Virus record (IMG/VR): IMGVR_UViG_3300025418_000839
Location: 1 to 64,000 of that record
Source: a virus
Taxonomy: Duplodnaviria; Caudoviricetes
Strand: one strand, 5' to 3'
Length of the DNA stretch: 64,000 nucleotides
Both the position numbers and the translations under genes were made by a program. The notes under the pieces are model-generated. The model saw only the letters and a program-made list of their open reading frames with translations, was not told the origin of the DNA and did not search any database. Positions 46,507 to 54,405 of the stretch are shown here, piece by piece (position 1 is the stretch's first letter; the number at the start of each line of letters is the position of its first letter).

Positions 46507-47979
46507 TTAGTTTCCTTGACGAACTGTTACTGTACCGCAAGCAGTAGCACATGATTGTGTTACTGAATAATTCTGTCCGCCTGTTTGTGTTAAGTTTACT
46601 GATGCTGGCGCTCCGTTATTAATCAATGTAATACTAGCATTATTAGCACCTGTGGCTCCTGTATTGCTTTGATTTACTACCGCAGAGTTGCCATTGCCAC
46701 TAGAATTAATATTGATATAACCAGTACTAGTTCCTGTTTGGCTAGTAGTTATTGTATTACTATTACCCGATACTGTGGCAAACAATTGATTACGAGCCGT
46801 GCCTGACTGTGTTATACCTACTGTGTTTAAGTTACCAACTACAGCTACACTAGAGAACTGTCCTGCTCCAACTGTGGTATTTTCCTGTACCACCGTCAAG
46901 TTATTTCCTGTGCCATTTACGTAATCAAATTGATAGTGTCCGCCAGTATCTAAGCCAGTTGAGTTACCATTACTATCTGTACCTTGATTTAGATTAAGTG
47001 TATTATTACCACCCGTTGCCGCAAGATCAATCAAGTTGTTGTTTGACTGTTGACGCACCGTAATGTGATTACTGCCTCCTGTGATAGGCGCAACTGTAGT
47101 GTAACCCGGACCGTTACTAGTACTAGTAGCACCATCTATTCGGTTACCTGCTCCCGTTTGTTTAATATTGATAACATCACTATTACCTGTTTGATTTATA
47201 TAAATGCTGTTGTCGCCCAAACCAGGCATTCTTGCTGATACCGCATTAATCATTTGTTGTTGTGTGCCAGTGATGGTTGAAGAACCACCTGTGTCAGTTG
47301 TGCTGATTAGAGTAGCGGCACCATTGTTGGCAGTAGTCTGACTACCATCACTATAATAAGTAATGGTCACAGGCTGGCTGTAGGTAGATGTCACAGATCC
47401 CGATGTCGATGTAGTTGTAACGGTTCCGCTACCTGTTCCTGTGACCCTGGGCCCCCAATAACTAGCACTAGTAGCCATCATACTAGTTGGTACAATTTGC
47501 CAACTACCATTGGTATACCAATAAAATTGTACTGCGGCACCGCCACCGTTTTCATAATACCAAATATCCGCGGGTACTATTTGCCCTGCTGTGAGATATA
47601 TACTACCCGATCTAAATGTAGTTCCTTGCTCACACCAACAAGCAGTTACCACGGTATTATTGATAGTTAATTGGTTACCGTCGTCACTGGCCACTCCAAA
47701 TTGATAAGTTCCTGTGGTAGGAGCCTGTAGATATCCTTGAAAGTGTATGATAACTCCATCATACAAACCACTATCTAAAACTAATCCACTACCCCAGTTG
47801 TAGTTAATTGATGTAGTTACGCCTGTGGTGTCTACAGTCCTATTGCTTGTACTAGGACTTGGGCCTCCGGCATAATAGGTAGTATAGTTCCAGCCAGCTA
47901 CTCCAGCAGAGTGTGCTCGATCGCAATAACCAAGTCCAGCAATTAAAACAGCAGAGAGTAAGTAGGCAACAAATTTCAT
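46507..47979 (-). CDS. Secreted PA14-domain protein with curlin-like repeats
   Basis: PA14 motifs INYNWG, TGTYQFGVASDDG and WYYENGGGA. C-terminal NxxxxxQxGxxN repeats. Confidence 0.8.
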   Translation of the reverse strand: MKFVAYLLSAVLIAGLGYCDRAHSAGVAGWNYTTYYAGGPSPSTSNRTVDTTGVTTSINYNWGSGLVLDSGLYDGVIIHFQGYLQAPTTGTYQFGVASDDGNQLTINNTVVTACWCEQGTTFRSGSIYLTAGQIVPADIWYYENGGGAAVQFYWYTNGSWQIVPTSMMATSASYWGPRVTGTGSGTVTTTSTSGSVTSTYSQPVTITYYSDGSQTTANNGAATLISTTDTGGSSTITGTQQQMINAVSARMPGLGDNSIYINQTGNSDVINIKQTGAGNRIDGATSTSNGPGYTTVAPITGGSNHITVRQQSNNNLIDLAATGGNNTLNLNQGTDSNGNSTGLDTGGHYQFDYVNGTGNNLTVVQENTTVGAGQFSSVAVVGNLNTVGITQSGTARNQLFATVSGNSNTITTSQTGTSTGYININSSGNGNSAVVNQSNTGATGANNASITLINNGAPASVNLTQTGGQNYSVTQSCATACGTVTVRQGN

Positions 47980-47980
47980 G

Positions 47981-49138
47981 TTAATTCTGCTTTATTGTTA
48001 TGTAGGTATTGCTACCAGCATTGATGCGGTTCTTGATGGCAACGTTTTCACTTTGATTTTGTATGATGGTGCTATTTTGTTCTTTAGGTGTTGTGATACA
48101 GTTTGTATTTGACGCAGAATCTGTACGACATAGCTGTACACTAACAGCATCTACTGTGGCTACTACCCCAGTTTCTTTTTTATAGTCCGGTAGTAGACTA
48201 TTTGTTTTTGGTGCCAACAAGTTTCCAAACTCTGCGGCTAACTGTTCGTTTAATAGTGTTAACACGTTGGCCAGGAAGTCCTGGTCTAAGAAGTTACGTT
48301 CCAATGAATTACTTAAAAACGTGGCATTTTGCGCAGCTAGTACGCTACCTAAGTCAACACCTTGTAGGAAGTTCTGACTAAGTGCTGTAACAGCCATTTG
48401 TTTTTCTTCTTCACGTTGTTTGAGTGCATTTTTGATTTCTTGAGGGGGTGTTAAAATTAAGATGTTACTAATACCATCTTCATTTAAGTGTAGTATTGCA
48501 GGTCGAGTTGGGGGTATATTACGTGCTGTTACTTTAGTACCTTGAAATGGTTGATCCAATGTAACTGTACCAGCATCATTGATAACATCAATCTTACCAG
48601 TCTTACACAGTCTTTCTATTTCATCGGGCATCATATCCTTACGTGGACACGATGGTAAAAGGATTACTGTACTTTCACCCAGTTCGTCAACAGTAGCAGT
48701 AAAATCAGTACCGCGAACAGCAACGGTTGCAGTAGGAGTGTTAATAGCAACCTTGTTAGGATTGTTGTGAGCAATCGCCCCTGATGCGTAGCGGACTGTG
48801 CCGCTAGCCATGTTAAGAGCCAGTTTGCCAGCGTCTTTATTTTTTGGATCATAAACAAATTCGTCAATGACCAGTTTGGAGTTTTCATTTACTTGTACTT
48901 TGGTGTCATCAGCAAATACTATGCCAACTTTACCCCTTGTTGTGTTGATACTGTCGGCCATCTCCACCCCGGTCCCTTTGGTCCCAGTTAGAGTCGTCTT
49001 CGATCGTTGTATCGAAGGCGGGGTGTTCACTTGCTCTGTAATTGTTCCAACGGCCGCTACGCAATTCGTGGAGATACTCACAAAGCCTACGCATAGTATT
49101 GTTCTCCATTTTAATCTCCTTGCTTGAACCAATAACAT
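47981..49138 (-). CDS. FecR-domain secreted protein
   Basis: F.DDT.V.V.ENSKL.ID and I.TPTATVAVRGTDF. Start codon uncertain. Confidence 0.8.
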   Translation of the reverse strand: MLLVQARRLKWRTILCVGFVSISTNCVAAVGTITEQVNTPPSIQRSKTTLTGTKGTGVEMADSINTTRGKVGIVFADDTKVQVNENSKLVIDEFVYDPKNKDAGKLALNMASGTVRYASGAIAHNNPNKVAINTPTATVAVRGTDFTATVDELGESTVILLPSCPRKDMMPDEIERLCKTGKIDVINDAGTVTLDQPFQGTKVTARNIPPTRPAILHLNEDGISNILILTPPQEIKNALKQREEEKQMAVTALSQNFLQGVDLGSVLAAQNATFLSNSLERNFLDQDFLANVLTLLNEQLAAEFGNLLAPKTNSLLPDYKKETGVVATVDAVSVQLCRTDSASNTNCITTPKEQNSTIIQNQSENVAIKNRINAGSNTYITIKQN

Positions 49139-49284
49139 TTTTGCAAATCTCGCATTAGTTGATCTTTAGGCACACGAGTCAATTGATGTGCCAACTCTAT
49201 AAAGTCTACCGATCTACTACCAACATTAGACTGACCATCGCTCCACTGTTGGTATACATTTTGCAGGAAACAAAGATCGGTCAT
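49111..49284 (-). CDS. Small hypothetical protein
   Basis: MTDLCFLQNVYQQW...; starts just after the curlin stop. Confidence 0.45.
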   Translation of the reverse strand: MTDLCFLQNVYQQWSDGQSNVGSRSVDFIELAHQLTRVPKDQLMRDLQKCYWFKQGD

Positions 49285-49285
49285 A

Positions 49286-50212
49286 TTAATGATGTTGGTT
49301 AATAGTCCAAGTGTTGTTACTACCATTAGTTTGTATGTTGGCTGTATTATTGCCGCCAGCAGCATTTTGTGTAATACCAAATGTATTACTGCTACCAGTT
49401 ACACCAAGAACTAATGTATTATCATTGCTACCTGTTTGTGCGATTGTATAGGTATTACTGTTACCAACTGCTGCGCCACTTACATTAGTACCGGTAGCAT
49501 TGTAACCGCCAATAGTAACAGAGTTACCATTAGTACCGCCATCCTGTGTAATACCATAGGTGTTGTTAGCACCAACACTTGATACGTTTACATTAGTACC
49601 TGCAACTACAGGTGTAGTTCCACCCTGTGTCAATGTCATTGAGTTACTTGCACCACCAGTCATACTAATTGTATCATTAGTACCAGCACCTTTAACGGTA
49701 GCAACTACAGAGTTACTTGCACCACCACTGGTTGTTGCTGTAAAGTTGTTATTTGATCCCAACACATTAACATTCAAGTTAGCACTATCACCAGTTTGAT
49801 TAACAGTAACATTGTTACTAAGGCTTGCACCTGCTGTACCAGTATTGTTACTATTGATAATCGCTGTTGCATTACTACCTGTCACATTATAGGTAAAGTT
49901 GTTACCTGAATTGTTACCAGTATTTTGTCCTGAGTTAGCTGTGCCTGTTTGTAGGCCTAACTGTAGGGTATTACTGGAACCAACTTGGCTCACATTTACG
50001 GTATTGTTGTTACCGGTAATTACTGCGGGTGTAGTTGGACCCGATCCAGTTGTCTGTATTCCTTCAACAACGTTGCTGGCACCGTTCTGGGTCATGTTAA
50101 TTGTCGAATTACTACCTGTTTGATTAATGTAGATAGTGTTATCAGCACTATAAACATTTGTACATACAAGACCTAGCACTACTGTTATAATCTTAGCTAG
50201 TCTATATTTCAT
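49286..50212 (-). CDS. Curlin-like (CsgA/CsgB-type) repeat protein
   Basis: Signal peptide, then many Q-x-G-x-x-N-x-x-x-x-x repeats rich in N/G/S/T. Lies downstream of csgG. Confidence 0.8.
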   Translation of the reverse strand: MKYRLAKIITVVLGLVCTNVYSADNTIYINQTGSNSTINMTQNGASNVVEGIQTTGSGPTTPAVITGNNNTVNVSQVGSSNTLQLGLQTGTANSGQNTGNNSGNNFTYNVTGSNATAIINSNNTGTAGASLSNNVTVNQTGDSANLNVNVLGSNNNFTATTSGGASNSVVATVKGAGTNDTISMTGGASNSMTLTQGGTTPVVAGTNVNVSSVGANNTYGITQDGGTNGNSVTIGGYNATGTNVSGAAVGNSNTYTIAQTGSNDNTLVLGVTGSSNTFGITQNAAGGNNTANIQTNGSNNTWTINQHH

Positions 50213-50255
50213 TTTAATCTTCCTTTGGCCCTTGGCCATTGTCCTGCGACTCATA

Positions 50256-51314
50256 CTACTTCGCCGGTGCTACTCCTTCTTTTACTGCTTGATCTTCTGG
50301 AACATCATCCTTTTTAGAATTGCCCAAAGGAATTGTTGGTTCCTTGGCTGTTGGCGATGTTTTTGTGGGATCAATATTTTTTACTCCTACTACTGGTACT
50401 GCTTTTACTTCTTGAGTCTGCGGTTTGTCTTGACCAAAGTTGTACCAAGCCCGTTCAGGAGCCATTGGATATTTGTAATCCCATACTCCTTTACGCTGGC
50501 CTTCTTTAATCAATTCTACTACAGCACTTTCAACCGCGGCCTTAAGTGCTATAGTTGTTGCTTCGTTAATAGTGATTCCTGATTCAAATTGGAATATACC
50601 AGCAATGGAACTTTGACTGCCAGTGTTTGGTGCACCAATTTGTTTTACCATGCTACTTAGGCTACCTGGATCAATACTCTTAAAGATTGCAATAGCGTCT
50701 CCAGTTGAATAAACTGTTTTTGTTACAGATATTGCTGCCAGTATCTTACCAGTGTTTACACTCACAGCACGCAGGCTGATTGTAATCACGTCTTTACTAT
50801 ATTGTGTAGTAGGACCAATACCCAGGAAGTTATATCCCACTCCACCAGATTCTAATCCCGAATCGTAACCAATGATACCACCTTCAATGATCATTCCAGC
50901 AAACTGCAATGGCATTAGTTTCTGTGCGTTTTGTCCTTCGTAGGCCTGACGCATCTGTGTAATAATTAAGCGTTCTTTGGTTAAGTTATCTAGACCACCA
51001 CGCTCAACTACATCAAACCAAGTACCGTGTCCTACGTCTTGTAGTGCGCGAATTAATAACGCATCGCCGCCTTGTGTGACTGCTGTACTAAAACTTGCTA
51101 CACCCGGAGTTGCTTTACGTTGTCCAGTTTTATCGTTAAACTGATATACTGCTACGGTTAAACGACCAGCAGCTGGCGGAGGAACCGAATCTAATTCCTT
51201 GACCATTTCGTTTTTCATTAACTTTGGTTTTTCTTCCAGGATTCCAGCTTTTTGACTAATAGCACAACCAGACAGTAGAAGAATTACGGTAGATAATATT
51301 AATAACTTTTTCAC
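50256..51314 (-). CDS. csgG: Curli secretion channel CsgG family lipoprotein
   Basis: Lipobox LSGC, VAVYQFNDKTGQRK, FSTAVTQG, WFDVVER, LTKER and EGGIIGYD. Confidence 0.92.
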   Translation of the reverse strand: MKKLLILSTVILLLSGCAISQKAGILEEKPKLMKNEMVKELDSVPPPAAGRLTVAVYQFNDKTGQRKATPGVASFSTAVTQGGDALLIRALQDVGHGTWFDVVERGGLDNLTKERLIITQMRQAYEGQNAQKLMPLQFAGMIIEGGIIGYDSGLESGGVGYNFLGIGPTTQYSKDVITISLRAVSVNTGKILAAISVTKTVYSTGDAIAIFKSIDPGSLSSMVKQIGAPNTGSQSSIAGIFQFESGITINEATTIALKAAVESAVVELIKEGQRKGVWDYKYPMAPERAWYNFGQDKPQTQEVKAVPVVGVKNIDPTKTSPTAKEPTIPLGNSKKDDVPEDQAVKEGVAPAK

Positions 51315-51315
51315 G

Positions 51316-51789
51316 TTAATGTCCTGCCGTAAACTGGCCCATGGGCACGTTAACAGTTGTAGTATTCATTCCATCAAATACCTGTAGTTGTATACCCGAA
51401 GTACCATCTTTTAGAATAGTTTGGCTCCAAGTAATATTTCCAGCACCAAATGCTATTTGCCCAGGCTGTACTTGGCCAGGAGTGCTGAACATACTAGTAG
51501 CTACGTTTTGACTGATTTGTGCGTAGATTCTTGACTCTAAGTTAGTCAAAAACTGCTGTAAAGGAGTATTTGCGGCAGCACTTGCTGCCTGTTGTGCGGC
51601 CGCTTGTATGGCCTGTTGAACTGCTTGTTGACGTTGGTATTGTTCGTTTTCTAAGCCAAGTTGGAAAGCTCCGTAACCAGAACCGTTTAGGCTTGGGCTT
51701 TTGAAACTGTAGTCGTTCATCGGCGTCGCTAGTACAGTCGTAGCGTACAGCGATACCCCAGTTAAGATAACCTTGTTGAAAAACTTCAT
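51316..51789 (-). CDS. csgF: Curli assembly protein CsgF family
   Basis: Signal peptide, FKSPSLNG and FLTNLESRIYAQIS; adjacent to csgG. Confidence 0.8.
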   Translation of the reverse strand: MKFFNKVILTGVSLYATTVLATPMNDYSFKSPSLNGSGYGAFQLGLENEQYQRQQAVQQAIQAAAQQAASAAANTPLQQFLTNLESRIYAQISQNVATSMFSTPGQVQPGQIAFGAGNITWSQTILKDGTSGIQLQVFDGMNTTTVNVPMGQFTAGH

Positions 51790-51882
51790 AACTTCTACCT
51801 CTTTTATTATTATTATCGGTAGAGTCGTGGCGACTCTAGCTCCTATTAGTATTTAACGGGAACTAGAATAAAAGTTATCTGG

Positions 51883-52185
51883 CTATTTTTTAATGCGGGT
51901 TAGGATTTCTTGATAAAATGAGTCAAGTTCGCCGCCAAACTTGCCCATTAAGTGCTCTGCAATATCCTCGCAGAGTTTGTAGTCGTTGTTGTTAAGAGCT
52001 TGGATAAATCCTTGATGTAGCTCTTTGTAGCGGTCAATTGAAGATAATTCAAATACTATTTTTTCAGCTGGTACTACACAGTAGGTCTTGACTGGAGAGC
52101 CACTGACTTCAAAAGTTTCTAACTCAAGTAGGGTATGAGTTTCCTGTAAGCGTTTGACTGCTTGTTGGTCCCAAACTATTTGCAC
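51883..52185 (-). CDS. Stand-alone homolog of the cyclase C-terminal region
   Basis: LMGKFGGELDSFY aligns with LIGNFGGQMDKYY of 41985..44036, and the upstream strands also align. Confidence 0.6.
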   Translation of the reverse strand: MQIVWDQQAVKRLQETHTLLELETFEVSGSPVKTYCVVPAEKIVFELSSIDRYKELHQGFIQALNNNDYKLCEDIAEHLMGKFGGELDSFYQEILTRIKK

Positions 52186-52187
52186 TA

Positions 52188-52718
52188 TCAGTCCTTGGAT
52201 ATTTTTAAACGATGATAGATTTCTTGTACACCCTGTGCTTGGCTAATACAATCTTCTAAAGCATTGTGCAGGCCAGCTTTGTTCTTTTCACGTGGGTCAC
52301 CGTGTACACCAAATAGTGTGCGGCTATCACGTATTTGCCAAAACTGCCAGGGAGTCGGCCAACCCATCTGACGATAAATGTTTTCTAAGATAACAATGTC
52401 AAATGCAGGACCTTGACACCAAATGTTAGTTGCTCCTACCAGGAAGCGATTCAGCTGTCGATACATAGATTCTAAGCTGACACGATCCCGTTCATCAAAG
52501 GCTTCTTCGTAAACATCAGCACTTTGATTAGCCCACCATTTGAGAGTATCTTCCTGTGCTACACGTCCTAGTGCTAGTTGCTCGTCCACATCAATACGGA
52601 AGTAAAGACTATCACCAAACGAGTCTACTGTATAGGGATCAAATTTTACTGCGCCAAGGGTGAGTATGGCACAGTCTGGGCAAGTACCCAGGGATTCTAA
52701 ATCCAACATTACGTCCAT
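52188..52718 (-). CDS. DEDDh 3'-5' exonuclease
   Basis: MLDLESLG, FDIVIL, RDSRT and HNALED. Confidence 0.85.
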   Translation of the reverse strand: MDVMLDLESLGTCPDCAILTLGAVKFDPYTVDSFGDSLYFRIDVDEQLALGRVAQEDTLKWWANQSADVYEEAFDERDRVSLESMYRQLNRFLVGATNIWCQGPAFDIVILENIYRQMGWPTPWQFWQIRDSRTLFGVHGDPREKNKAGLHNALEDCISQAQGVQEIYHRLKISKD

Positions 52719-53194
52719 TATTTTGCCTTGAGTAATTTCATTGATTCAGCTTCCACTACTCGAGTACGCAAGCCCGAGCTAGAGAATGAATGATCACGAC
52801 GGTTAAAGATACACTCGATGCCACGCATAAATCCTTCACGCTTGCCTGTGTATTCTGATTGCTCATACTCAACTCCTAACATACGAACATCAATAGGAAG
52901 GATTAATAACAAGTCCACTAAGTCCTGTTCTGTTTGATAAACTACTACTTCATCTACATAACGGCAAGCAGCTAGTTGAATCTGCCGTTCAACAATGCTC
53001 TGCACAGGTTTGTTTTTAGTATCAGGACGATCGATAGTGGGATCTGTTTGCAAGCCAGCAATTAGGTAATCGCAATGATTCTTTGCTTCGGCCAGCATGG
53101 CAATGTGCCCTGCGTGCAACATGTCAAATGTTGAAAAGGTGATGCCAATACGTTTACCGTCGTCTTTGAGTTTACGAATGTGATTGAATATCAT
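52718..53194 (-). CDS. Cytidylyltransferase (TagD-like)
   Basis: FDMLHAGH, ER, YVDEV and HSFSSSGLR. Confidence 0.85.
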   Translation of the reverse strand: MIFNHIRKLKDDGKRIGITFSTFDMLHAGHIAMLAEAKNHCDYLIAGLQTDPTIDRPDTKNKPVQSIVERQIQLAACRYVDEVVVYQTEQDLVDLLLILPIDVRMLGVEYEQSEYTGKREGFMRGIECIFNRRDHSFSSSGLRTRVVEAESMKLLKAK

Positions 53195-53508
53195 GTGTCT
53201 TGTTCAATTTTAACTTGTAAAGGGAAACCATTGTTACGTGCTAACATAGTAACTTCGATGCCTTTTTGTTCAGCTAATTCGTATGGTAGTACTGCTACTA
53301 CTGCTGAACCTTCTTCGTGTACTTTCATGGTAATTGCTTCTGCAGCACCTTCGTCATAGTTAAATATGACCTTTAGTGTTTCAACCACAAACTCCTGTGT
53401 AGTAGTTTCGTCGTTGATATAAATCACGCGATACTGTGGAGGTTCAGGTATATTATTTTTTGGCTCGATGCGTGGACGAACTTCAATATGTGTTTTAGTT
53501 TTGGACAT
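53191..53508 (-). CDS. clpS: Clp protease adaptor ClpS
   Basis: PPQYRVIYINDETTTQEFVV...VHEEG...AEQK...FPL. Confidence 0.92.
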   Translation of the reverse strand: MSKTKTHIEVRPRIEPKNNIPEPPQYRVIYINDETTTQEFVVETLKVIFNYDEGAAEAITMKVHEEGSAVVAVLPYELAEQKGIEVTMLARNNGFPLQVKIEQDT

Positions 53509-53524
53509 TGTTTTCTACGATAAA

Positions 53525-53557
53525 AATAAAGGGGTAAAATTACTCTACCCCTTTATT
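53525..53557. terminator. Terminator hairpin after hsp20
   Basis: AATAAAGGGGTA...TACCCCTTTATT. Confidence 0.65.
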
Positions 53558-53572
53558 ATACACACAAATTAA

Positions 53573-54025
53573 TTATTTTGCAAATGTAATTTGAATTTTT
53601 TTAGCCTTTTGTTCTTCAGGAATTACCTGCTCTAGAGCAACGGCCAAAATACCATTTTTTACTGTAGCACCACGTACTTCAATATGCTCAGCTAATGGGA
53701 AAGTACGAGTAAAGTTGCGGGCTGAGATGCCTTTGTGCAAGTACTCAACTTCTTCATCTTTTTTGGATTGTTCACCTTTGACTGTTAGAACGTTTTCTTT
53801 TAGTTCAACGTCAATTTCGTCTTCGGCAAAACCGGCCACAGCTACTTCGATAACATAGTGAGTGTCATCTAATTTAACTACGTTGTGTGGAGGGTAGTTA
53901 TCGCTTTTGCTGTTGGCAAAGTTACGATTTAGCTGTTCGAATAAACTGTCAAAGCCAATGGCTTGGCGATGAATTTGGTTCACGAATGTAGGTAAATCAA
54001 GGGTGTGGATTTGTAATTGTGTCAT
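53573..54025 (-). CDS. Small heat-shock protein Hsp20 (IbpA-like)
   Basis: IGFD, NYPPHN, IEVAVAGF, YLHKGISARNF and NGIL. Confidence 0.95.
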   Translation of the reverse strand: MTQLQIHTLDLPTFVNQIHRQAIGFDSLFEQLNRNFANSKSDNYPPHNVVKLDDTHYVIEVAVAGFAEDEIDVELKENVLTVKGEQSKKDEEVEYLHKGISARNFTRTFPLAEHIEVRGATVKNGILAVALEQVIPEEQKAKKIQITFAK

Positions 54026-54086
54026 TTTATATCTCCTTTATTAAGCAAAATATGACTAAGTGTGTAGCCCGACTATCGGCACTACA
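54026..54086 (-). promoter_or_regulatory. ROSE-like RNA thermometer leader of hsp20
   Basis: Hairpin TGTAG-TG-CCGA/TCGG-G-CTACA, then TTTTGCT-TAATA-AAGGAGA (UUGCU opposite AGGA). Confidence 0.65.
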
Positions 54087-54090
54087 AATA

Positions 54091-54121
54091 TATTTATACT
54101 ACAAAATTATGAAATTGTCAA
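54091..54121 (-). promoter_or_regulatory. Overlapping sigma70-like and TATAAATA promoters for hsp20
   Basis: TTGACA-N17-TATAAA(TA). Confidence 0.65.
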
Positions 54122-54124
54122 TGA

Positions 54125-54376
54125 TTAGTACAATTTTTTGGGTAACGATTCAGAAGCTAATTTTTTACGCCAACGGTTCTTGGCCGCTGCTTTAGCTTTT
54201 TTACGTGCTGTAGTGGGTTTTTCGTAGGTCTCACGTTCTTTAAGTTCACGAAGCAAGCCTGATTCCAGGACTTTCTTTTTGAATTTACGTAGAGCTTTTT
54301 CTACAGGTTCACCGTCACGTAATGTAACTGTGTTACCTCTACAAACAACTGGACCGCCTTTTTGATGATATGCCAT
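54125..54376 (-). CDS. rpsU: Ribosomal protein bS21
   Basis: E.VEKALRKFKKKV...G.L.ELKERETYEKPT..RK.K.AA..R. Confidence 0.9.
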   Translation of the reverse strand: MAYHQKGGPVVCRGNTVTLRDGEPVEKALRKFKKKVLESGLLRELKERETYEKPTTARKKAKAAAKNRWRKKLASESLPKKLY

Positions 54377-54405
54377 AAGTTTATTTAGTTGATTAACTCG
54401 GGTTA

